Assembly (NCBI GenBank): GCA_964016885.1
Contig: OZ024740.1
Coordinates: forward strand, 371,194,001 to 371,258,000
Direction of reading: 5' to 3'
DNA: 64,000 bases
Source of the DNA: Eledone cirrhosa
Lineage: Eukaryota
Part shown: in pieces, positions 36,788-49,486 of the stretch
Layout: each line of letters begins with the position of its first letter
How positions within the stretch are numbered: the stretch's first letter is position 1
The notes under the pieces: model-generated
What the model saw: only the letters and a program-made list of their open reading frames with translations
Told to the model about the DNA's origin: nothing
Databases searched by the model: none
Made by a program: the position numbers and the translations under genes

Positions 36788-38010
36788 ATCATCATCATCA
36801 TCATCATCATCACCGTTTTACGTCCGTTCTTCCACGCTAGCATGGGTTAGACGGGTTGTCCTGTTGTGGGCAGTGTCTGGTCGGCTGACCATGCCTTGCT
36901 CATACAGGAACTGATCTGGCTTGATTTCTACAGCTGGATGCCCTTCCTAACACCAACCTCATTTACAGTGAGTGCTGGGTGCTTTTTCGTGGCGCCTACA
37001 CGTCCACTTTACAGTGTGGGCTGGGTGCTTTTTTGCCGTGGCACCTCCACGACCACCTTGCGGTGGGGGGGGGGGCATATTGTTTATATGCTTCAGCATG
37101 TACCCATGGGAGGTCGGGTACCCTGTATTACTGCGTGACGCCAGAAGTCACGGTCGTGTGTCATTGACTTTGAGAGGTGTAGTTGGGTAAGGTCGGCTTT
37201 TATCACCTCATCCCAAGTCATCTTGGGTCTCCCCACTCCGCGGTTTCCATCAACTTCTAGTGCTCTGCACCTTTTTATGCAGCTGTCATCCTTCATACGC
37301 ATCACATGTCCATACCAGCGTAACCGCCTCTCCTGCACGCAGCATTTGATTCCTCTTATGCTCAGTCTCTCTCTCAATTCATTTATGCTTTGTCGTTCAC
37401 GTATATTACTGTTACACATCCATCGGAGCATGCAGGCTTCGTTTCTCTCTAATCTACGTAAGTCTTCCACCTTCAGCGCCCAGGTCTCACTACCATGCAA
37501 CATCGCTGTTCGGATACACGCATCATACAGTCTGCCTTTCATTCTGAGGGAGAAGCCTTTTGCAGCTAGCAGTGGTAGTAGTTCCCTAAACTTCTTCCAT
37601 CCCGTTCTTACCCTAGTTATTGTACTTTCTGAGCACCCACCTCCGTTGCTAATTCGGTCACCTAGGTAGCAGAAGCTGTCTACTGTTTCTACAGGGCCCT
37701 CCCAGAGATTGGTGGTACTTGTTTCCTGTGGCTGTTTGCTTGCTGTTTCAGCACAGCTGCTGCATGTGAATCCTACATTCTTAATTAAGCTTCCTGAGAT
37801 CCCGCTACATCTCTTGTGTACCCATTGTTTGCATTTGGGGCAAAGAATGGAGTTCCTACCTACACCTTTCCTACATACTGAGCAAGGCCATTTCCCTGAG
37901 GGGATCTGGGTTCTGTTTTCTCGTCTACTTATAAGGACCTTAGTCTTTGTCATGTTGACTTTGAGGCCCTTTCTCTCTAGTCCCTGCTTCCAGGTTTGGA
38001 ATTTATTCTC
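36788..38010 (-). mobile_element. RTE-clade LINE, family B, 5'-truncated
   Basis: ORF 37093-37953 (…QGTRPPMGTC), family-B 3' UTR. Near-identical to 44084-45310. Confidence 0.96.
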
Positions 38011-38063
38011 TATGTATATATGTATATATATATATAATGTATATATATATATATATATATTTA

Positions 38064-38103
<40 letters not shown>

Positions 38104-38197
38104 GTAAAAAATTGAACGGGAACAAAACAGAGAGGCAGTACGAACAAAGGTTTATTAGTTTCACGCTCCTGTGAGTGGGGTGGTGGTGGGGAACGAG

Positions 38198-38231
<34 letters not shown>

Positions 38232-40641
38232 GTCCTTGCACCAACAAGGCATCAGAAGAACATTCTGGACCTAGTGTTTAGTAACCACACTAACACTATA
38301 CATAATATTACAGTAGAAAAAACCCTTCTCTCAGACCAGGACATGGTTCTTTGTAACCTGAGATTCCACCAGCCGAAAGCTAATCCTAGGGACCTCTTTC
38401 CAGCCCACCCACTTGATAACATGGATCTTTATAATGCCAACTGGGATGCAATCATGAACGAACTATCGCATGTTGACTGGTCTTTTACACACGCATTCAT
38501 TTCCACCAACATCAAAACATCTTGGCAGATCTTTGTAGACACTGTCACAAATATATGTGCAAAACATACCCCACCAAAACCTGTGAACAAAACTAAGTGC
38601 AGTATCCCCAAAACAGAAAAACTATTATCAGAAAAATAAAAAGAGCAAACAAAAAAATGAACACACTAAAATACTGCCAACAGCAACACACATATTTCAA
38701 CGGCTATCGCCCTGCTTGAATCAAATAAATATAACCTCCAACAATGCATGAAGACCATCATCAATAACCAAAGAACAGCTGAAGAGAAGTGGGCCATTGA
38801 GAAAATCAAACTCAACCCCAAAGTGTTCTTTTCATTTGCAAAAAAACACAAGGTCACTGTCTCCACTGTTGGCCCTCTAGTTGATGAAAATGGCACACTC
38901 CAAGATAATGCCAAAACCATGGGTGAGATACTGCAGAAACAATACTGCTCTGCTTTCAGCAATCCTGATATGGCCGATTTGGGCTGTATCAGTGATGTTA
39001 ATCCCCAACACACTATATCGGACATAACGTTTGGCGCCTCTGATGTCTTAGCAGCAATAAACAAAATTAAACACAATTCAGCAGTAGGCCCTGACAGGTT
39101 CCCTGCTTGTGTCCTGAAGGTGTGTTGACACCAACTTGCATCTCCGCTTGCTAATCTGTGGAGGAACTCACTGGATACTGGCTATATTCCTGAAAACTTT
39201 CTGTCCCAGTCCGTTGTCCCAGTTTAACAAAAAGGGAAATAAGTCCCTTGCAGTGAACTGCCATCCGATCTCACTCACCTCTCATATCATCAAGGTATTT
39301 GAGAGGGTGGTGAGATCACGAATAACCCACTTTCTCGAAAGCAATGGCTTGCTGAACTCCAACCAACATGGGTTCCGTAATGGAAGGGACTGCCTAACGC
39401 AGCTCCTGCATCACTTTGACAATGTTTTGAGAGCCTTGGGAAAGGTCTCCAACACTGATGTCATCTATCTTGATTTCAGCAAGGCCTTTGATAGGGTTGA
39501 TCATAAGATTCTACAAATGTTTCCTGACAGACAGAACCCAACATGTAGTCAAAGGAGTAAAATCAAGCCCAGCCAAAGTCAGCAGTGGCGTCCCACAAGG
39601 CACAGTGTTGGGCCCACTTCTTTTCATCATCTACATTAATGCCATTACTGACATCATCAAGCACAGCAACATAAGAATCTTTGCAGATGATTCCAAGCTC
39701 CAAAGGGTCATCAATGATGTGGGTGACTGGATTGCCTTCAGTTAGATCTACTGGCTGTTATCCAATGGGCAGAAAAGAACAATATGCTGTTGAATGAGGA
39801 TAAGTTTGAGTTAATCCACTTTGGAATAAAGGATGCCCTAAAACTCCCATACTCTCTTCCTTCGGGTGAAACTCTAGTGGCATCCAACAACATCAGAGAC
39901 CTGGGAGTAATTATGGACAACAACATAAAGTGGGCCACTCATATAAACAGGAAAGTTGACATGGCGCGCAGAATGTGTTCTTGGATTCCTAGAACCTTCC
40001 AGTCGAAAGATATCCACACTGTTATCCTTCTCTTCTCCACTTTTGCCCGACTCCACCTTGAAAACTGTTGTCCACTGTGGTCTCCCCACACAAAACAAAG
40101 TATTATGAAAGTTGAAGCACCCCAAAGATCAATTACAAAAAAGATAGATGGCATGACAGGCCTTGACTATTGGAGTCGATTATAAAAGCTCAACCTTTAT
40201 TCTCTCCATATGTTGCTGTGAGCGCTACATTATCTGCATGATGTGGAAAATATTCCATCAGCTTTGCCCAAATGACGTTGGCACCACCTTTAATGTACAC
40301 CCAAGGCTTGGGCCCCGTGCTATCCGCCCATGACAAAAATCTCACTCGCATCTCATAACAACAATACGGCACAATTATTTCACCTCAATTGGCCCCGCTT
40401 TCTTTAACATTACACCAAAATACATTTAAACAGAAACAGACCTCATCAAGTTCAAGAAGTCTTTGGACAAATTCCTTCAAGAAATCCTGGATAAGCCTCC
40501 TACACCTGGATATGCCTCCGTAAACAATAACTCTCTACATGAGTGGGCCATGGTGCCCAAATCCTGATTTGAAAGACTTCGCCAAGTGATGCTATTAAGT
40601 TAGACATGGCCTGGGACAATACTGCCCGAAACCTATCAAAG
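38232..40641 (+). pseudogene. Decayed CR1/L2-group LINE (EN end, RT, C-terminus), frameshifted
   Basis: PTRHQKNILDLVFSN; YLDFSKAFDRVDH; SGVPQGTVLGPLLFIIYIN; IFADDSKL; IRDLGVIMD; LENCCPLWSPH...LDYWSRL across several frames. (TA)n on both sides. Confidence 0.9.
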
Positions 40642-40642
40642 T

Positions 40643-40737
<95 letters not shown>

Positions 40738-40741
<4 letters not shown>

Positions 40742-41010
40742 ATAATAATAATTTGAAGACTAAAATCCAAAGAGGGCTCGATAAGGATAAATATATATTA
40801 AATATATAAGAACCGTAGAGCAAATATTTATTTAAATAACAGATTAAAGTTTAAGCATCGTTGCTTTCACCCTTAACGGGATCTTCTGAAACTAACAAAG
40901 TCAATCTGTGAACGCAGAAGTGAATATTTCAAAAAACGTTGCAACCGGAGGAAGACAGGAAGACGATACTTTGGTTCGTGGGAACGTTCCCTGGCAAAGA
41001 ACGGGAAAAA
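40738..41010 (-). mobile_element. PLE pLTR-like fragment ending at (TA)n
   Basis: Contains a hammerhead-like fold (40848-40893). Terminal ~85 bp repeated at 25326-25412. Confidence 0.65.
40848..40893 (-). ncRNA. Hammerhead-like motif with variant core (CAGAAGA)
   Basis: AGTTT-CAGAAGA-tCCC/GTTAA/GGGt-GAAA-GCA/ACGA/TGC-TT-AAACT. All three stems pair; U4 is replaced by A. Confidence 0.65.
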
Positions 41011-41602
41011 TGATAAACTGCATCCAGTACACTCTGTAAAGTGGTTGGCATTAGGAAAAGCATAGAAACTATGCCAAAATATGTTCCCATTTGAACAAGA
41101 TGTTATCTGACCTGTCTGTCTCAGACTGTGACAACCCATCCTACTCATGCCAGCATGGAAATGTACATAAAATGATGATGATGGTGATGATGATGATGGC
41201 AGCTGATGCAGATAGGAGTGGATCTTGTTTTTTTTAGTCAACTGATCAATTAAAGAAACATTTTGTATAGGTAACTTCTAACAGAAGTTATTTGAAGATA
41301 TTTGCTGGTTACTATCATCTTTTCTTATTAGGAAAGACAAAGAACAATAACAACACGACAACAACAAAGAAAAGCCTAAAACAAACAAATACAATAAAAA
41401 ATATAAACATTTCTTCAGTTATTTTACTTTTGTCTTTTCTGTAAAATGACTACTATTTATTCAGCTTTTATTGTATTCTGCCATTTCTGAGGTCTACGAG
41501 GTCTCAGTACTCACACTTAGTCATTGATCTTAGTTTAAGAGCTTTTGTTTTTCTGTTCTAATCATAAATTGCTCTCATATTCTTTTACTGCCTCAGTTTT
41601 AC

Positions 41603-41708
41603 CTAATTGAAATAACAGTGCCAAGTCTACTATATAGATGAGTAGTAGCAAAGGTGGAGTGGAAAAACAGCTACTAATGTCTGAGGAAAATAGTGATTGT
41701 GTTGACCT
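41603..41708 (-). other. Candidate 106-nt host exon (unverified)
   Basis: Minus strand: long U-rich tract (41710-41790), then ...gaaAG|AGGTCAAC...CAATTAG|GTAAAA. One frame is open (RSTQSLFSSDISSCFSTPPLLLLIYIVDLALLFQL). Confidence 0.3.
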
Positions 41709-42809
41709 CTTTCAAAAACCAAAAAAAAAACCAAACAATGAAATGTATAAAAAACAAATGAACAAACAAATAAAACAAAGCAAAATAAGTTCCTGTGACA
41801 TTGTGACATGTGAGAGGTAGGCTCTGAAGTTTTGGCTAATTTAAAGAGGGTCATACCTGGAATGTCAAAATTCTCTTATTATGACAGAAATTTAGCTTAT
41901 TCTAGCAATTTTATATATTTGTAACAGGAGAGAGCAGAGAAGAATGCTGAAAAAGAATAATAATAATTCAAGTGGTGGAGATTTCTGGCATTCTTAGTCC
42001 CTGTATCTCCTACCTACTTCGTGCCATCATGGCTGAGTAGGCCATCCGCTTTAGTGAACCCAATGAATTAGAATGGTTATTTCAACATATCTCTCTTCAT
42101 GGTAATGCTTTCTCCATTCTGTCCACTGTGACCACAAGGCAGCTTGAGTTTGTGGTTTTGCACTTTTGCTAGCCAGCTCATATCATTGGTGTAGTGGTGA
42201 AATAGGCTGCTAATATCTACATTTTTATTAACATCATCATGTTATCTCATGATATTGACTATATAATAAAAGAGCAAACATAATGTCTGCTAAAATATTG
42301 CAATAAAATCATAACATCAATACAAGGAAATTATAGTGGATGTTAAGTTAAGAAAATCTTATTGCACGTAATTTCAAAGGCTGATTGTCATTGTGTTGAT
42401 GTTTAGCTCCAGATTTAAAAGCATTCCAACCATGACCCTCCTGTCTTTTTATGAGTATGTAACACTACTTTGCCCAGAGTCTACTTTGCTTTTCCAAGAT
42501 GGGAGGATGAGATTTGAGGGATTTTGGCTGCTATATATAGCAGGTTCAACAACCCTGTAGCAGCCCTTCGTTGACTCACTTGACCTTGTGGAGTTTTTAC
42601 TTGATAAGAAGCTGTGGTTTTAGTGGATTTAAATATCAGCCTCACAGCTAAAAGATTATTCCATCAATAATACTGCACAATGTTCTTGAAGATTCATAAC
42701 TCTCACTAATCTAGTTCATCTAGCTATAAATAAATACTCTGCTTATGTATGGATACCTAGATTATGTTTCTGTAAAGGCTAGTGAGCATGGATGGATGTG
42801 TTTGTATAT

Positions 42810-43720
42810 ATAATATCATGTTATCTAACCATTTTGCTCGGGGTCTACCCCTGAGTCTCCTGCCAGTTACTTTTGCTGTAAAATCTGTCCAGTGATTCTT
42901 TCCTTAGACATACAGAACATGTGTCTTTAGCATTGGAGTGGTAATGTCTCAATTCAGAGAAGTAGTGGTTCCACCAGAAGCAACTCCTTGATCTCTGAGC
43001 TACACACTCTATCGAGTAATATTACTCTAAAGACTCTTCAGAGGAACCCCATTTTAGCCGCTTTTATTCACAATCATATTTACAATTGTATTCTTTTGGT
43101 CATTACCCAAGATTCATGATCATAGGTAAGGGTTGGCATGAATACTGAATTGAAGATAGTGAGTTTGGCTTTTATACCTATCCCACTTCTGGTGACTGAA
43201 TGCTGAAGCAGGCACATTACTACACCAGCTCCTACAATCCTTGTATTTAATTTACCTTCCTGCCTTCCATCATTCATGAAAATGGCCCTGATACTTGAAC
43301 TTCTCCATCTGCTTCAGTGGAACTCTACACACATGTAGAGTGCACTGCACAGGTTTTTTTGAGAGAATGAGTGTCTCAGTTTTTGCAGCACTGATTTTCA
43401 TTCCTGCTGTGCAGCACTTGACTGCAAACCTATTAAGCGCTTATCAGAGATCACATTCTGATGAGTTAAGTAATACCATGTCATCTACAGATTCAAGCCA
43501 ACTGATCCTACACTCGCCAGTCTTGATAACATTTTCAACCCAACTGTGCATTTCAATTATTCAGTAGAGGTGACAGTACACATCCTTGATGGAGTCCGAC
43601 ACCCATATTAATGGTTCCGATAGCAACATTTATTCAAACACAAATTCTAGGTACTTCAGGGCACCAACAAGATATCCATCAATCCCATACATCACTCAAG
43701 CCCACAGAATTTAACAGCTG
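42810..43720 (-). pseudogene. Old decayed RTE-clade LINE of a different family (no PHD evident)
   Basis: KAKLTIFNSVFMPTLTYDHESWVMT (ORF 43080-43277), KMGFL.RV...LLDRVCSSEI and GRRLRGRPRAKWLDN read on the minus strand. Multiple stops. Confidence 0.75.
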
Positions 43721-44083
43721 AAGAATATGTATGTATGTGTGTGTGTATATGTTTATATATGCATGTGTGTTTGTATATATGTATACATATATATGCATAT
43801 AAATTCAAAATAAGGGGGGAAGAGGACAAAGGCAATGGAAAACAACGGAAAAACAGACAGTTCCATTTCCCATTTTCTCTGTCAACGTCTGGAAATCACT
43901 ATGGTTTCAGTGCACACGCACACACACACGTATATATATACACACATACACTTGTACACACACACACACACATATATACACACATACACTTGTACACACA
44001 CACACACACACTTGTGTACTTACTTAGTACAAATATCTTTCTGTCTATCCTGTTTTCCAATTAATAATATACTGACAATATAT

Positions 44084-46421
44084 ATCATCATCATCATCAT
44101 CATCACCGTTTTACGTCCGTTCTTCCACGCTAGCATGGGTTAGACGGGTTGTCCTGTTGTGGGCAGTGTCTGGTCGGCTGACCATGCCTTGCTCATACAG
44201 GAACTGATCTGGCTTGATTTCTACAGCTGGATGCCCTTCCTAACACCAACCTCATTTTCAGTGAGTGCTGGGTGCTTTTTCGTGGCGCCTACACGTCCAC
44301 TTTACAGTGTGGGCTGGGTGCTTTTTTGCCGTGGCACCTCCACGACCACCTTGCGGTGGGGGGGGGGGGGGGGCATATTATTTATATGCTTCAGCATGTA
44401 CCCATGGGAGGTCGGGTACCCTGTATTACTGCGTGACGCCAGAAGTCACGGTCGTGTGTCATTGACTTTGAGAGGTGTAGTTGGGTAAGGTCGGCTTTTA
44501 TCACCTCATCCCAAGTCATCTTGGGTCTCCCCACTCCGCGGTTTCCATCAACTTCTAGTGCTCTGCACCTTTTTATGCAGCTGTCATCCTTCATACGCAT
44601 CACATGTCCATACCAGCGTAACCGCCTCTCCTGCACGCAGCATTTGATTCCTCTTATGCTCAGTCTCTCTCTCAATTCCTTTATGCTTTGTCGTTCACGT
44701 ATATTACTGTTACACATCCATCGGAGCATGCAGGCTTCGTTTCTCTCTAATCTACGTAAGTCTTCCACCTTCAGCGCCCAGGTCTCACTACCATGCAACA
44801 TCGCTGTTCGGATACACGCATCATACAGTCTGCCTTTCATTCTGAGGGAGAAGCCTTTTGCAGCTAGCAGTGGTAGTAGTTCCCTAAACTTCTTCCATCC
44901 CGTTCTTACCCTAGTTATTGTACTTTCTGAGCACCCACCTCCGTTGCTAATTCGGTCACCTAGGTAGCAGAAGCTGTCTACTGTTTCTACAGGGCCCTCC
45001 CAGAGATTGGTGGTACTTGTTTCCTGTGGCTGTTTGCTTGCTGTTTCAGCACAGCTGCTGCATGTGAATCCTACATTCTTAATTAAGCTTCCTGAGATCC
45101 CGCTACATCTCTTGTGTACCCATTGTTTGCATTTGGGGCAGAGAATGGAGTTCCTACCTACACCTTTCCTACATACTGAGCAAGGCCATTTCCCTGAGGG
45201 GATCTGGGTTCTGTTTTCTCGTCTACTTATAAGGACCTTAGTCTTTGTCATGTTGACTTTGAGGCCCTTTCTCTCTAGTCCCTGCTTCCAGGTTTGGAAT
45301 TTATTCTCTAGTTCTACCATAGATTCAGCTATGAGTGTGAGGTCATCACCATACAGGAGTTCCCATGGGCATCCGGTCTTAAACTCCTCCGTTATTGCCT
45401 GCAGGACTATGATGAACAGGAGAGGGCTAAGAACAGAGCCCTGGTGGACCCCAACCTGTACGCTAAATTCCTCGCTATACTCATTGCCAATCCTAACTTT
45501 GCTGACTGCTCCCCTATGCATGGCTTGTACCGCTTTCACAAGCCATTCATCTACTCCTAGTTTTCTAAGAGCCCACCAGATTACTGCACGTGGAACTCTG
45601 TCAAAGGCTTTCTCAAGGTCGACAAATGCCAAGTAGAGTGGCTTACTTTTAGCTAGGTACTTTTCCTGTAATTGCCTCACAAGGAAGAGGGCATCAGTGG
45701 TGCCTTTCCCTGGTACAAACCCAAATTGCATCTCGTCTATATTCACCCGGTCCCTAATCAGCTGTGCTATAACTCTTTCTGTTACTTTCATGACCTGGTC
45801 CATCAACTTTATACCTCTATAGTTTCCTCTATCTAGTGCATCGCCTTTACCTTTGTAGCAGTTGACAATGATGCTACTGCACCAATCTTTTGGTATGGCC
45901 CCCTCTAGTATTACCTGGTTAACGATACGTGTGGTTATAGTGTGACCTACAGACCCAGATGCCTTCAGCATCTCGGCAGCTATACCCGATGGACCGGTTG
46001 CCTTCCCTATCTTCATATCTCTGATTGCCTTACTTACTACGCTGCCGCTGACTTGTACTGCTGGTCCCTCTATAGGGTCTACGTGGGGTAGGGTCTCTTC
46101 TTCCCATGCATTCTCCTCATTTAGTAATCTATCATAATGACTCTTCCATGCATCTTTCTTCTCAGCACTTGTGAGGGCAAGCTCACCTTTATCATTCCGG
46201 ATACACTTCTCTCCAATGACATCACAACTATCTCTGACACACTGCCTCGCAATCTTGAATACCTCCTGTTTCTGGTCCTCACGTTGTAAAACATGCTTGA
46301 ATTTTCTATCCTCTGCTTCCCTCCTAGCTAAGTATACTTGTCGCCTAGCTTCCCTCTTGGTCTCTATGTAATGTACCCTGCTCCCCCCGTAGATGTACCC
46401 TGCTCCCCCCGTTGTACCCTG
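44084..46421 (-). mobile_element. RTE-clade LINE, family B, 5'-truncated in the EN-RT linker
   Basis: RT ORF down to 44391. Catalytic motif reads YGDD. PHD-type finger, (ATC)n at 44084-44105, duplicated 20-mer at the 5' junction. Confidence 0.97.
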
Positions 46422-46460
46422 ATGTGTATATATGTATGTATGTATATATATATATATATA

Positions 46461-49045
46461 TATTATTTGATGCTTTCGACAGTAAGGAAGAACATTTAGA
46501 GTCGGACAATATAGAGGGAGAGTGGGAATTTCTGAAAGCAAACCTGCTGTTGGCGACAGACGAAGTCTGTGGCTGGAGCAGGCCTGTAGGCAGGAGGAGA
46601 GTAACATGGTGGTGGAACAGTAAGGTGGAGGGGTCAATTAAGGCCAAAAAGCAGGCTTGGAAAGTATGGCGGGATGGGGGAAGTAGAGCAGACTATCAAG
46701 TGGCCAGGAGGGAAGCTAGGAGACAAGTGTACTTAGCAAGAAGGGAAGCTGAGGAAAGAAAGTTCAAGCATGTTCTACAACGCGAGGACCAAAAACGTGA
46801 GGTGTTCAGGATTGCTAGGCAATGCGTCAAGGAAAACCGTGATATTGTCGGGGAGAAGTGTGTACTAAACGACGATGGCACACTTGCCATCACCGACGCT
46901 GATAAGAAGGTAGCTTGGAAGTGTCACTATGAAAGGCTACTAAATGAGGAGAATAAATGGGAGAAAGACAGTCTCCCCCATATCGACCCAATAGAGGGAC
47001 CAGCAGTGTTAGTCGAGGGGAGTATAATAAGTAAGGCAATCAAGGATATGAAGACGGGTAAGGCGGCTGGACCTTCGGAAATAGTTGCTGAGATGCTGAA
47101 GGCATCTGGCACGGTGGGACACACCATGGTCACCCGCATAGTTAACCAAGTCGTACAGAATGGGGTTGTTCCGAAGGACTGGCATAGCAGCATCATCGTT
47201 AACTGTTATAAGGGTAAAGGAGACGCCCTAGATAGGAGTAACTATAGAGGCATTAAATTAATCGACCAGGTCATGAAGGTCACGGAAAAAGTAATAGCGC
47301 AACTAATCAGAGAGAGAATTGACCTAGATGAAATGCAGTTCGGGTTTGTGTCAGGCAAAAGTACCACAGACGCTCTTTTCATAGTACGACAACTACAGGA
47401 GAAGTACCTAGCTAAAGGTAAACCCCTCTACTTAGCTTTTGTCGACTTGGAGAAAGCCTTCGACAGAGTCCCCCGCTCCATTATCTGGTGGGCTCTTAGA
47501 AAACTAGGCGTTGACAAATGGCTTGTGAGGGCTATACAAGCCATGTATAAAGAAACAGTCAGCAAGGTTAGAATTAACAACGAATATAGTGAAGAGTTTA
47601 GCGTAAAAGTTGGCGTCCATCAGGGCTCTGTTCTCAGCCCCCTACTATTTATTATTGCCCTTCAGGCTATAACAGAGGAGTTCAAGACAGGCTGCCCATG
47701 GGAACTCCTATACGCAGACGACCTGACACTCATAGCGGAATCAATGGCCGAGCTAGAGAAGAAATTCCAAACATGGAAGCACGGCCTAGAGTCAAAAGGA
47801 CTTAAAATTAACCTGGCTAAGACCAAAGTTCTAGTTTGTAGGAAAGAAAACAAGGCGGCGGTCCCTTCTGGGAAATGGTCGTGCTCGGTGTGTAGGAAAG
47901 GCGTAGGTAGAAACTCCATTTTATGTCCTAAATGCAAAGTATGGGTGCATAAAAGATGTAGTGGGATCACAGGTAAGCTAACTAAGAACATAGATTTTAC
48001 ATGTGGCCAGTGTTCTGGTGCAATAAGTAGCAGCAAGTGCCCACAAAATACTAGCTCTTTCAATTGCGCAGAGGGTTCTATAGAAATAGTGGACAGCTTC
48101 CGTTACCTGGGCGATAAAATCAGCAGTGGGGGAGGGTGCTCTGAAAGTACTGTAGCTAGAATCAGAACTGGTTGGAAAAAGTTCAGAGAGCTTATACCAC
48201 TATTAGCTGCTAAAGGGTTCTCCCTAAAAATGAAAGGCAGGTTGTACGATGCCTGCATACGAACAGCAATGCTGCATGGCAGTGAGACCTGGGCATTGTG
48301 TGCAGAGGATATACGCAGACTAGAGAGGAACGAAGCTTGCATGCTCCGCTGGATGTGTAACAGTAATATACGTGAACGGCAAAGCATAAACGAACTAAGG
48401 AAAAAATTAGAGATAAGAGGGATCAGATGTTGTTTACTCGAGAGAAGGCTACGTTGGTATGGACACGTGATGCGCATGAAAGTCGATAGCTGTATAACAA
48501 AGTGCAGGGCAATAAAGATAGACGGTAGTCACGGAATAGGCAGACCTAGAAAAACCTGGGACGAGCTGATAAACTCCGACATCACACACTTACACCTCTC
48601 CAAGACAATGTCACTGGACCGAGACCTTTGGCAGTACTCAGTAACAGAGAAGACCCGCCTTACCTAAATATATAGTAAAACCTACTCCAGCCAGTAGGCA
48701 TCTCTAACAAAATACACCCCCCCCCCCATCCACACCACCCCATTCTATGTAAAGTTATGTTGGTGCCGCGCCATCCAGGCCGAAACAAATGAGATCGTGT
48801 AGGTGTCACGACAAAAAAACACACAGTCCACGCTGTAATGTGGCCGTGTAGGCAACACGGTAAAAACCTCCCAGCCCCACACTGTAAATGTGGTTGGTGT
48901 TAGGAAGGGCATCCAACTGTAGAAAACCTGCCAGACAGTCCTATGCGAGCAAGACAATCACTCTTGCCTCAAGTGGGACTACCCCCGTCCAAACCCATGC
49001 AAGCGTGGAACACGGACGTTAAACGTTGATGATGATGATGATGAT
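46461..49045 (+). mobile_element. RTE-clade LINE, family A, 5'-truncated in the EN-RT linker, intact RT
   Basis: Open frame to 48667: TWWWN, NYRGIKL, FVDLEKAFDRV, YADD, PHD-type finger 47876-48013. 3' UTR and (GAT)n tail. Confidence 0.97.
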
Positions 49046-49225
49046 ATATATATATATATATATTGTTATACTTTGGGAGGGTCATGTTGCCAATAAGAAA
49101 CACACGCACCAGTTGCTTTCACTTCAATTTATTATATATTTATAAATTTATAAATTTACAAATCTACAAACTTATAAATTTCTGGTTGGTTGGTTGGTTC
49201 CACAACCAGATAGTTGTTTATATAT

Positions 49226-49270
49226 AGTCATAGTCCTTTCGTCACACACTCTGTGACCTCTTCAGTGACT
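49226..49270 (-). ncRNA. Minimal hammerhead ribozyme in the PLE3 pLTR
   Basis: AGTCA-CTGAAGA-G-GTCACA/GAGTG/TGTGAC-GAAA-GGAC-TA^TGACT. Perfect 5-bp stem I and 6-bp stem II. Confidence 0.85.
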
Positions 49271-49486
49271 GGGGATTCCTTTCTTTGTTTCTGTGCCTTT
49301 CCTTTCTTCTGTCCTACGCCATTTTGTTTCTGTGTGTGTGTTGTGTGCTCAGTTTGCGCATGCGCCACATCCGGGTGTCTGTGTGTGTTTGTGTTCATTT
49401 ATCTATTTGTTTATTTATTTATTTATTTATTTACATGTTGTTGGTTGGTTGTTTGTTCTATGTGTGTGTGTGTTTTCATTTTGTCC

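Noticed and set aside
38100-38197. Short island between TA tracts as another ribozyme pLTR
   Set aside because: It has GAAAC and AATAAA on the minus strand but no CTGANGA core or stems. Left unclassified.
44391-48667. 748-aa and 751-aa ORFs as full-length proteins
   Set aside because: Their N-termini are read-through of the TA spacer (and, for the 748-aa ORF, the antisense strand of the neighbouring element). Both LINEs are 5'-truncated and lack the endonuclease.
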